This document shows, piece by piece, positions 18,196 through 25,915 of a stretch of 44,560 nucleotides of DNA. The DNA comes from an uncultured Pseudomonadales bacterium (lineage in GTDB: Bacteria > Patescibacteriota > Microgenomatia > UBA1400 > PJMF01). Position 1 is the stretch's first letter, and each line of letters begins with the position of its first letter. The stretch lies in the NCBI GenBank assembly GCA_964574595.1, contig CAZNOF010000002.1, positions 25,413-69,972 of the forward strand. Direction: 5' to 3'. The notes beneath the pieces are model-generated. The model had not been told where the DNA came from, did not search any database, and saw only the letters and a list, made by a program, of their open reading frames with translations. A program made the translations under genes and the position numbers.

Positions 18196-18870
18196 CTAAT
18201 AGGTAAACGAAAGTTTCTGATTGATTGCGAGCTGGGTGGGGAGTTTGCTGACCACGTCAGCTAAACTCAGCTTTGTCGCCGACTTTGCATCGACAACCCA
18301 AAGTCTTGTACTGTCAACCAAATAGATAAAATCTTGGTTGGCAGAATTTTGCACAGTGAACGGCTGATAGAGGTTAAGCGTATATAACTGATTGTTAATG
18401 CTCAGCGTGACAGCAGTTCCCAAAATACTCATGGCTCCAAAGCCAGTGGGCACGACATTTGCCGGCTGCCAACCAGCCTCTTTATTGAGCACATAGCTGA
18501 CAGTGGCGGCGTATTTAACGCTACCATTCGATTGCAGCACCGCAAAGTTCACCACATTCGGCAACGTTCGCAGAACCGCGGCTTCATCTCGGGTTAAGAA
18601 TTGATCTTTTGCCCAAAAATATTCCGTTGTGGCGACCGGCGCAGGTGAGGGAATTACTGGTGGCAATCCAGTTGAGACAACTGGTGCATCACCGGGAGCT
18701 GGTATGAAAAACACTTCGTAGTTCACCACTCTTCCCAGCAGCACTGCCGCAATAGAGACGATGACAACCAACGCGGCAAGGGTCCAGTTCACTTTGAATT
18801 CGGAACCTCTTCCTCGTTTTGGTTTCTCGTCATTCTTCCGCTTCCGTTTCTGAAATCCAAAAAAATCCAT
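18196..18870 (-). CDS. Hypothetical single-pass membrane protein, first gene of a two-gene operon
   Basis: 224 aa; basic N-terminus, TM helix, Pro-rich linker. SD-like AGGAAGGA at 18888-18881. Confidence 0.7.
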   Translation of the reverse strand: MDFFGFQKRKRKNDEKPKRGRGSEFKVNWTLAALVVIVSIAAVLLGRVVNYEVFFIPAPGDAPVVSTGLPPVIPSPAPVATTEYFWAKDQFLTRDEAAVLRTLPNVVNFAVLQSNGSVKYAATVSYVLNKEAGWQPANVVPTGFGAMSILGTAVTLSINNQLYTLNLYQPFTVQNSANQDFIYLVDSTRLWVVDAKSATKLSLADVVSKLPTQLAINQKLSFTY

Positions 18871-18885
18871 GGTTTGTTATTCCTT

Positions 18886-19080
18886 CCTATGTTACCTTTC
18901 ACCAGGCGAGTAAATCTCACCTAGCGGATGAGTAACATAGGTCGGTATTGCAACAATTGTTAAAGAGCACTTCGTTGCGACGAAACTACGCAATGTAGCT
19001 AGCCACACCAAGTTCGCTCATTTGATTAGTAGCAGTATCTAGTTTTGCGGACAAAACTCCGTACTGATGCTAAAACAGTA
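18886..19080 (-). promoter_or_regulatory. Candidate structured 5' leader RNA
   Basis: 10-bp inverted repeat CCTATGTTAC/GTAACATAGG (18886-18895, 18932-18941) encloses a 9-bp stem with two G-U pairs on the minus strand. Further hairpins lie at 18971-18984, 19041-19058 and 19062-19080. Confidence 0.5.
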
Positions 19081-19124
19081 AGCACTGGTTGTAGAAAATG
19101 ATTATGGGTCTAAAAAAAGGAAAT

Positions 19125-19158
19125 AAAAAAACTGGCCCAAAGGATTCTCTGGCCAGTT
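19125..19158 (-). terminator. Intrinsic terminator downstream of the Nudix gene
   Basis: AACTGGCC-N13-GGCCAGTT followed by a T-run on the minus strand. Confidence 0.65.
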
Positions 19159-19281
19159 GTAATTACCTTCATTGTGTGAGTGAAGGTCAAGGCGATGTGG
19201 AGAAATTTCATTTCGAAATATCTCTTTTAAAGAACAAGATTATTTTATTATTAATTTATCGCTTGTCAAGCGGTTACAGAC

Positions 19282-19731
19282 CTATAAGCTTAGTGCTAAC
19301 TCTAGCATTGGGTGTTGTTCAACTAAGCTATTCTCAGGAAGTTCGCTAAAAAGCTCAATGTGTTGTTTTTTCCATTTTTCGATATCAATCTCTTCTGCTG
19401 GTTCACAAAGAAAGGCAAGGCCCACTGACCAACCAAATCCGCGTTCTTTTTGTTCGCTTGGGTACTCAATGTAACCGAGCAACTGCTTTACGTTAATTTT
19501 GATCCCCAATTCTTCTTGTGCCACGCGGTGCAAGGCATCTTCAACTGACTCTTGGTAGTAAACAGTTCCGCCAGGAATATGCCAAAAACCTTCCCAAGAA
19601 AATTCCTGCCGTAATGAAAGAGCTACTTTATTTTCTGTCTTAAGAATCACTTCTACAGTCAATCTAGGAACTTTGGAGTAAATCTCTTTAAACTCTTCGT
19701 AGGTGAACGGTTTGGGTTGTGGAGGAATCAT
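19282..19731 (-). CDS. Nudix hydrolase (GDP-sugar hydrolase-like subgroup)
   Basis: Nudix box GGTVYYQESVEDALHRVAQEELGI preceded by PRLTVEVIL and FWHIPG. Upstream TGaTATACT-N6-ATG. Confidence 0.9.
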   Translation of the reverse strand: MIPPQPKPFTYEEFKEIYSKVPRLTVEVILKTENKVALSLRQEFSWEGFWHIPGGTVYYQESVEDALHRVAQEELGIKINVKQLLGYIEYPSEQKERGFGWSVGLAFLCEPAEEIDIEKWKKQHIELFSELPENSLVEQHPMLELALSL

Positions 19732-19803
19732 TGAGAAAGTATATCAGCATTGCCATTGCTGAGTTGGAGTTTATTTTACGTTTCCCCAGATATGGAAGAG
19801 CTC

Positions 19804-19821
19804 CTGTAATTGACATTACAG
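19804..19821. promoter_or_regulatory. 7-bp inverted repeat centred on a TTGACA -35-like hexamer
   Basis: CTGTAAT-TGAC-ATTACAG; TTGACA at 19810-19815; located in the divergent gap between the Nudix and 730-aa genes. Confidence 0.4.
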
Positions 19822-19847
19822 TCATTTAATAGTTTACTACAGAGATT

Positions 19848-22040
19848 ATGGCCAAATCCCGCCCCTCAAAATCCCCTTCAAAATTTGTCATCTTTTTCCT
19901 TGTGCTTGTGATGACTGCCAGTGTGATTGGGCTTGTTGCGGCATTTTCAACTTTTAACGGCAACTTGACGAGCAAGGCTTCTGTTTTGTCTGAGGCAGTA
20001 GCTCAATATTCAGTTAGTGAAGCAGCTGGAGTTGCCAACCAAGATGGTAAAACAATGACCGTGGGTTCTGAGAAGTCTTGGATTGGAACTGGTGAAAGTA
20101 CAAAAGATTCTTATTTAGGATTACTTTTTACTGGTGCTAACATTCCAGCAAACGCGACAGTCAAATCAGCTAAGTTAGAGCTGACTGCCGTTGGTGGATG
20201 GATTACTACTGGCTTTGATATTTTTGGCGATACTTCAATTCAAGGTGTTTTCACATCTAACAATAAACTCTCAACGCATACCAAAACTGCTGCAAAGCTC
20301 TCAGTAGATGAAAACGTGAAGTGGGAAGCAAATCAAACGTACTCATTTGATGTAACCGCTCCAGTCACCGAACTAGTTGGGTCAAATGGCAAATCTATGA
20401 TTGGTTTGATTTTGAAAGGCAATGGACCAAAATACGGAAGAAAAGAATTTTTCGGAGCTCCCTCAACCGGCAAGGCACCTAAGTTAACTGTTGTCTACAC
20501 TGCAATGGTAGCTGGAACACCCGCTCCAAGGAGCGTACCGTCAGTATCACCTGTCTCAACACCAGTTGGTAACCCATCAGTAGCTCCAAGTGTGATGCCA
20601 AGTATGCCAGGAATGTCCATGACCCCAACTCCAACTTCAGGTGGAACTGGTGGCTCAGTCGTGGGTTCAAATGGTCATGAGGACAGTCCAGAAATGAACT
20701 ACTGGTCTGCAACCGGCAAAAATAAACCAAATCCAAAATATGATAAATGTGATGATGGAACAGATATTGTGGCTGCGCACAAAACCTTCACTGTGATTGG
20801 TCCAGATGGTAAGAACTACCCAACCTGGCATGCTCCTGTAGTTACCAATCCAATTACTGGTGTAGGGAAATGTTACTTTGGTCATGAACACGGTCGTGAT
20901 CCAAAAGGGTATGCCTATTACGACGAAGTTAGAAAAAACTTTGCCTTCGATGCCAACAAAAACGGCACCATTGATGCGAATGAGTTAGCTGTCGCCGGAA
21001 TTCCATTTGGGTATGTAAATAACCAAGTCGATTCTTACTATGCCAACAATCCATCCAACACCATGTTTATGCGCCATGAAGATCACGTAGGTCACAAGGT
21101 TGAGTACGCCAATGGTGAAGGCGATACCGGCACAGGTGCTCCTACTTTCAACAAAAACATGACTGGTGGATTAATTGTTCCTTACAAGACAGCGAATAAC
21201 ACTTGGGATAACAGTGGAGTGAGTTGTTATCACTTTGACAAAATTCACCAAGGTGTAAGTAGTCCAGATGCATTATCAAACAATATGCATGAAATCATTA
21301 TTCACGAAAAATGTACCAGTACCAGACAAGGCACCCCTGACTCTACAACACTGTTGAGTGGGATGATGACTTTCGGTGCTCCTGGTGAGTTCACTCAGTT
21401 CTGTAATGACAATCGAACAGATGTAATTCAAGTTGGCAAAAATGCTGACACGATGAATCTGCCAGGAACTCGCGGTGACGGAACTAGAAACATTATCACT
21501 AGAGGTTGTATTGAGAGAACTGTCCTTGTAAAAGAAGGCCAGTGGTCATCATTCCCTTACGAAGAGTGGGATGGTACCTTACGAGTTGTTAAGGCAAATG
21601 GCACAGAAATTGCTGCGAGCAATGGTTCATGGGAAGTTCTCGATGCCATTCGCTACTATAACCCAGCGTCACCAACCATGATTTCATACACGGCAGACAC
21701 TTGCTACGAGACCTTACCAGACGGACGTAGAACCAGAGGTGGTACCTGTGATGCAATGACAAATTACGGTGCAATCAAAGGAATCACTTGGGATGATCGA
21801 CGATCTGCATACCAAGGTCGTGTCAGAGGACAGTACGTTAACTATCACCGAATAAATAATGCAGGTGGACCAACTGTTTGGTACACGGATCCATTTGGAC
21901 GAAATGCTTCTCCAAACTACTTCCCTGGAAGTATCAAGCAAGTTGTCTCAAGTGTGAACCTACCACAGTTCAGTAGTGATCCACGTATCGTCCAAAGAGA
22001 GAATGATGATGGCAACGGAACCGTTCATGCTCCAAACTAA
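19848..22040 (+). CDS. 730-aa exported protein: DNRLRE/CBM96-like domain, Pro/Ser/Met linker, His/Cys-rich C-terminal domain with EF-hand loop
   Basis: N-terminal TM/signal; IPANATVKSAKLEL...SFDVTAPV...APKLTVVY module; linker MPSMPGMSM; C-domain GPDGKNYPTWH, CYFGHEHG, RHEDHVGH; loop DANKNGTIDANE at 20949-20984. Confidence 0.75.
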   Translation: MAKSRPSKSPSKFVIFFLVLVMTASVIGLVAAFSTFNGNLTSKASVLSEAVAQYSVSEAAGVANQDGKTMTVGSEKSWIGTGESTKDSYLGLLFTGANIPANATVKSAKLELTAVGGWITTGFDIFGDTSIQGVFTSNNKLSTHTKTAAKLSVDENVKWEANQTYSFDVTAPVTELVGSNGKSMIGLILKGNGPKYGRKEFFGAPSTGKAPKLTVVYTAMVAGTPAPRSVPSVSPVSTPVGNPSVAPSVMPSMPGMSMTPTPTSGGTGGSVVGSNGHEDSPEMNYWSATGKNKPNPKYDKCDDGTDIVAAHKTFTVIGPDGKNYPTWHAPVVTNPITGVGKCYFGHEHGRDPKGYAYYDEVRKNFAFDANKNGTIDANELAVAGIPFGYVNNQVDSYYANNPSNTMFMRHEDHVGHKVEYANGEGDTGTGAPTFNKNMTGGLIVPYKTANNTWDNSGVSCYHFDKIHQGVSSPDALSNNMHEIIIHEKCTSTRQGTPDSTTLLSGMMTFGAPGEFTQFCNDNRTDVIQVGKNADTMNLPGTRGDGTRNIITRGCIERTVLVKEGQWSSFPYEEWDGTLRVVKANGTEIAASNGSWEVLDAIRYYNPASPTMISYTADTCYETLPDGRRTRGGTCDAMTNYGAIKGITWDDRRSAYQGRVRGQYVNYHRINNAGGPTVWYTDPFGRNASPNYFPGSIKQVVSSVNLPQFSSDPRIVQRENDDGNGTVHAPN

Positions 22041-22070
22041 TCGAAAGTCGGTTATAATCGAGTAGTCATT

Positions 22071-22159
22071 GGAAGCGTGCCGGAGCGGTTAAACGGCCAG
22101 GTCTCGAAAACCTTGGGTTCGCAAGGACACGACGGGTTCGAATCCCTCCGCTTCCGCCA
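22071..22159 (+). tRNA. tRNA-Ser(CGA)
   Basis: Acceptor GGAAGCG/CGCTTCC, discriminator G, CCA encoded; anticodon loop CT-CGA-AA; long variable arm with GCAA loop. It has a C-U mismatch at the base of the anticodon stem and an apparent bulged C in the T stem. TATAAT at 22053-22058. Confidence 0.88.
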
Positions 22160-22171
22160 AGAGTTTTGGTT

Positions 22172-23248
22172 ATGCCAGATACTAAGCCAAGAAATCTCAA
22201 TATCGATACCATTCGGATTCTTGCCACACTCATGATTCTGACTGCGCACATTACGGCGCTCATCTTTGCCAGGCCTGATTTCTTTGGGAAACCTTTCTGG
22301 TGGCTGAATCACATTGTCTTATCATTCTGCCGAATGGGAACCCCACTCTTTTTTATGATGAGTGGTTACTTAATTGGTGACAAAAAGAAAAGTCTAAGTA
22401 CCAGTACTCATCGGGCTATCTTCCGTTTAGGTGTACCATTTTTAGTCTTTTTTGTTGTAAGCAGTGTTGTCTTTGGTTCTATTCACTCAACCCCGTATTT
22501 CCCCAATCTATTAGATATCTTTTTCATGGGAGGTGGAAATTATCTGTACTTCTTAGTTGGACTGTTTATTCTGTACCTCATCAGTCCGTTACTTCAGAAA
22601 ATGGTTGAGTCACTCTCACAAACTGAACTGAAGTACACTCTATGTTTTCTTTGTGCTAATTCCGCATTTTATACGCTCGGCGCGTTTTTGACGTCTTCTA
22701 AAGCTGAACTAGGGAGTCCAACTTTTCTCTACTGGTTTTTAACTTTGGGTTACTTTTTGTATGGATCATATCTAAAAAAATATCCTCCTAAGAGCCTGCA
22801 GTTAAATGACTATTTATTGGTTTGTTCTCCGATTCTAGTTGGAATCTTTGGAACCTACTTGTTTCAAAAAATGTATCTAGAAAGTAGTTCGCAAATCTTT
22901 TTGCAGGTGGCAAACTATTTGCAAAGTTATCTTGGGATTACCGTCATGATCGCCTCACTTTATTTATTTAAAGTGCTTTTGGCTATGAATGTTTGGCAAA
23001 AGACGCAACAAAAGTATCATTCGGTAATTACCTACATATCAAAAAATACTTTTGGAATTTATCTCGTCCACATGATCTTTTTAGAGTACTTTCTGTTTAG
23101 AACGCCGCTAACAATCGACAATGGACCGTTCAATCCGGCGGTCATGATTGTGCTGATTTGGCTGACCCTTACCGTGGTAAGTTTTGGGACGAGTGTTTTG
23201 CTGGGGGTTGTTCCAATACTTAAAATGGCTGTCGGAAACACTGACTGA
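22172..23248 (+). CDS. Acyltransferase family 3 (OafA/YrhL-like O-acyltransferase)
   Basis: IDTIRILATLMILTAH, CRMGTPLFFMMSGY and TFGIYLVHMIF motifs; about 10 TM helices. Confidence 0.9.
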   Translation: MPDTKPRNLNIDTIRILATLMILTAHITALIFARPDFFGKPFWWLNHIVLSFCRMGTPLFFMMSGYLIGDKKKSLSTSTHRAIFRLGVPFLVFFVVSSVVFGSIHSTPYFPNLLDIFFMGGGNYLYFLVGLFILYLISPLLQKMVESLSQTELKYTLCFLCANSAFYTLGAFLTSSKAELGSPTFLYWFLTLGYFLYGSYLKKYPPKSLQLNDYLLVCSPILVGIFGTYLFQKMYLESSSQIFLQVANYLQSYLGITVMIASLYLFKVLLAMNVWQKTQQKYHSVITYISKNTFGIYLVHMIFLEYFLFRTPLTIDNGPFNPAVMIVLIWLTLTVVSFGTSVLLGVVPILKMAVGNTD

Positions 23249-23251
23249 TGG

Positions 23252-23815
23252 TTAAATCAATTGAGCAAGAACGACAAACCGTTTGCTATCCATAAACCCG
23301 CTACATGTGTAAATGAGTACTGTGTCAGGTTTTGCTAAATTGAGAATATCTAGTTGAGTGGGCGAGACAGAGAAAACACTTTCTATCCGATACGTTTTTT
23401 TAGTGCCATCTTTATACGTTAGACTGACATGTTCTCCTATTTTTGATTGCCTCATTCTGCCTAAAAGTACTGGCCAGTCATGACCGAATAACACCAAGCC
23501 ATGATTGCTTGCTTCGGAGAATTGGGAAAGTAGTGACACTCCCTGCGTTGAGACCTGCCACTCACCATTCACAATGCTACTAGGCATAATTGGTAAGGCA
23601 ATTTTTTGATCGGGGATTTCTAATTTTTCTGGATTGTTCTCCGTAGAACTGCTTGCTTCAGATGCTTCATCAGGTGAGTTAGTTGTTTTAGCGTAGGCAT
23701 AGAGTGCGGAGTTGTTTGGCACAATGACAAAGTGTTCAATGGTTAAAAAGCCTGCTTTGAAGAGAAAAAATCCACTTAAAAAGAAGAACAAGATGGTGAG
23801 TAACTGTCTTTGCAA
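23252..23815 (-). CDS. Sortase (peptidase C60)
   Basis: N-terminal TM helix; catalytic His (LFGHDW), Cys (LIYTC) and Arg (SKRFVV) in the canonical order and spacing. Confidence 0.9.
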   Translation of the reverse strand: MQRQLLTILFFFLSGFFLFKAGFLTIEHFVIVPNNSALYAYAKTTNSPDEASEASSSTENNPEKLEIPDQKIALPIMPSSIVNGEWQVSTQGVSLLSQFSEASNHGLVLFGHDWPVLLGRMRQSKIGEHVSLTYKDGTKKTYRIESVFSVSPTQLDILNLAKPDTVLIYTCSGFMDSKRFVVLAQLI

Positions 23816-23837
23816 TGACGTACAGCTCCTTAGAAAA

Positions 23838-24485
23838 TTATTCTTTGGCTAATCTGTATGCAGTAAGTCCAAAAGCAATACCTAAGAATGCGTAAAGCAA
23901 AATCATTCGGTCATTCCCGGTCGCAGCTAAAGTGCTGGCGCCAAGAATATCCCCAACTGGGTGGTATGCACCTAAGTCACCAATCACATTTGAGTTTGAA
24001 CCAGAATTTGAGTTAGAGCTGGAACCAGAGTTCGAGTTAGAGGAAGAACTACCTGAATCTCCTGGAGTGTAGCCACCGGCGTCACCATGACAAGAATATG
24101 ATTGATTTGCCACTATATAAGGAGAATCATCTAATCCCCAAGCTAAACCACTTGGAACGTAAATCCAACCTAATTTTTGATAGTAGTTTATGGTTTCTTC
24201 TGAAGAATCTGTCAATTTTACCCAGTTACTTTGAATTCCATTATTACTATCACTTGGACAAAAACACTGAACCACGTGATTACTGTCAACTTGGTAAACT
24301 CGGTCACTGCCTGTATAGGTAGCACTGTCTCCAGCAATACCATGTGTGCCTTGGTTGAAGTCAGCAATGGTGGCTCCCACCGGTGATTGGCAAGAAAAAA
24401 TTGGCGGAGTTACGAGCGCAAGAGATTGTCGAGTTGAGAGGTGTAAAAACACCAAAGGGAGGATGAGTAAAAAGGCTCGTTTCAT
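23838..24485 (-). CDS. Sortase substrate with LAATG sorting signal
   Basis: Signal peptide; four-Cys N-domain; Ser/Asn/Gly linker; C-terminal ILGAST-LAATG followed by a hydrophobic helix and RLAKE. It sits 22 nt upstream of the sortase. Confidence 0.8.
   Translation of the reverse strand: MKRAFLLILPLVFLHLSTRQSLALVTPPIFSCQSPVGATIADFNQGTHGIAGDSATYTGSDRVYQVDSNHVVQCFCPSDSNNGIQSNWVKLTDSSEETINYYQKLGWIYVPSGLAWGLDDSPYIVANQSYSCHGDAGGYTPGDSGSSSSNSNSGSSSNSNSGSNSNVIGDLGAYHPVGDILGASTLAATGNDRMILLYAFLGIAFGLTAYRLAKE
23998..24042. repeat. Intragenic tandem repeat with 24-nt period encoding SSSNSNSG
   Basis: GAACCAGAATTTGAGTTAGAG (23998-24018) and GAACCAGAGTTCGAGTTAGAG (24022-24042), two mismatches. Confidence 0.7.
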
Positions 24486-24516
24486 AAAAACTTATAACAG
24501 TTTGTTATTTGTCGCG

Positions 24517-24525
24517 ATTATATCA
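24517..24525 (-). promoter_or_regulatory. Extended -10 promoter for the substrate-sortase operon
   Basis: TGaTATAAT on the minus strand, 31 nt upstream of ATG 24485. Confidence 0.55.
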
Positions 24526-24620
24526 AGAAAGTAGCTCTATTTCAATACCTTTTGATATAGTTAAATATAGTTAGAAAAATGGCATCGAGCCTATAAAAAG
24601 GTGACTAAAATGAGGGTACG

Positions 24621-25913
24621 TTATTGAAACAAATGACTGAACCAAGCATTCGCTTGATACCAAAAGTCTGGGTTCTCAGGTGTCAAAGAAATATGAGCAT
24701 TCTCGATCAGTTCTGAAACAGTAAATGTGGAGTTTTTGTATCCAGGGGCAGTTACCGTGATTGACTCATCTGTGTTGAGATAGGGAACTTGGAAGTTTCG
24801 ACCGACCGCGAGCACGTTATCTCGATCCGAGCGAAAGGTAACCTGATCAACTGTGTTTCCGGCAGTATTAGTAATGGTGCCAACTACAACTTTGGGAGTA
24901 TAGAATTTTTGAATCACCGCTACGGCTGGTTTGGCATCACCATGATCGTTCCAAATGGCGGTTGAACCACCCATATCCGTCCAGTAATTCAGTCCGACTA
25001 AGTGAGGATTCGCTGATAACAACTTGAGGACGTCTTTCACCCATTGAGCTTGTTCGTCGTCCGTCATGGTTCCGTGAATGTCAGGAATGGGAGCGCCAAA
25101 CTCGCCTAATACAACCTGCCCGCCACTACGGGAGGCAACTTCAGTGACATCGTCATTCAGTTGAGTTGGATCTTTTACATAGTGATCGATGACAACCAAG
25201 CCACCTAAAGCAGTCGTTGTCGGTTTGTCCATGACTAAGTCAGCTACATCTTTATTCATGGAATTGAAGTTGACTTGGATACGCTTATCTTGCGCTTTAA
25301 ATTCATCTGTGAGCATTTGATACTCGCGAATAAGGAATTCTCGGTGGCCTTGCACATCACCAGTCTTCCGAGGATCTCCTGGCCCTCCATTTTCACATTC
25401 CGGACAGGCAGAAAAAATATCTCCGTCTTCAAATAAATGCGGGTTCTTCTCTACAAATACTTTAGTCTTCTGGAAGTGTTCATCACGGGAAATAGTTGGA
25501 TAGCTAAACCAACCTTCCCAGCCGGACCAATTTCCTCTGAACCAGACGCGGAGATGGTACTTTCGAGCGGCAGTGACCCAAGTAGTGAGAACTGGCAAAA
25601 ATTCCTCATCATAGGGAGTGCCTATCGCAATATACGTCGCGCCAGTTTCAGAGATGGCTTTTGCTTGCTGATCAGAGATTGTTTGAAGTGTTTTAATGTC
25701 TGACAGATACTGTCTACTTGGATCTCTTGAAAACTTCATGGTATCAATGGACTGAAAGTTCCACCAGGAAGCTGTCTGTTGTGCAAATGACCGCTGGGTA
25801 GCCGATTTTTTCACACTAGTTCCTAGAATAAGCACGGCCATGACCGTGATCAGTAAAATCCCTAGATAGAATGATTGATGTAGTCTCACTAATAAATATT
25901 GTAGCAAATTCAC
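24621..25913 (-). CDS. Membrane-anchored glycoside hydrolase-like (clan GH-A type TIM barrel) protein
   Basis: N-terminal TM helix; candidate acid/base ECENG and nucleophile LGEFG; C-terminal carboxypeptidase-regulatory-like domain; last gene of the glycan operon. Confidence 0.65.
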   Translation of the reverse strand: MNLLQYLLVRLHQSFYLGILLITVMAVLILGTSVKKSATQRSFAQQTASWWNFQSIDTMKFSRDPSRQYLSDIKTLQTISDQQAKAISETGATYIAIGTPYDEEFLPVLTTWVTAARKYHLRVWFRGNWSGWEGWFSYPTISRDEHFQKTKVFVEKNPHLFEDGDIFSACPECENGGPGDPRKTGDVQGHREFLIREYQMLTDEFKAQDKRIQVNFNSMNKDVADLVMDKPTTTALGGLVVIDHYVKDPTQLNDDVTEVASRSGGQVVLGEFGAPIPDIHGTMTDDEQAQWVKDVLKLLSANPHLVGLNYWTDMGGSTAIWNDHGDAKPAVAVIQKFYTPKVVVGTITNTAGNTVDQVTFRSDRDNVLAVGRNFQVPYLNTDESITVTAPGYKNSTFTVSELIENAHISLTPENPDFWYQANAWFSHLFQ

Positions 25914-25915
25914 GT

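Noticed and set aside
18892-19010. Short (~38-codon) open frame within the structured leader as a possible leader peptide
   Set aside because: It has only a GTG start without an SD and no biased residue run. It is kept as a possibility under the leader finding but is not supported as a CDS.
18886-19080. Assignment of the leader to a known riboswitch class (for example c-di-GMP-I, prompted by CGCAAA)
   Set aside because: The GNRA tetraloop/receptor and P1 consensus could not be matched by eye; an Rfam scan is needed.
16120-19280. Prophage or island att pair at tRNA-Arg bounding the SD-led operon
   Set aside because: No second copy of the tRNA-Arg 3' end was found near 19100-19280, and there is no integrase.
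19098-19349. 83-aa plus ORF
   Set aside because: It overlaps the Nudix terminator and the Nudix 3' end, has no motif, and has no convincing start signal.
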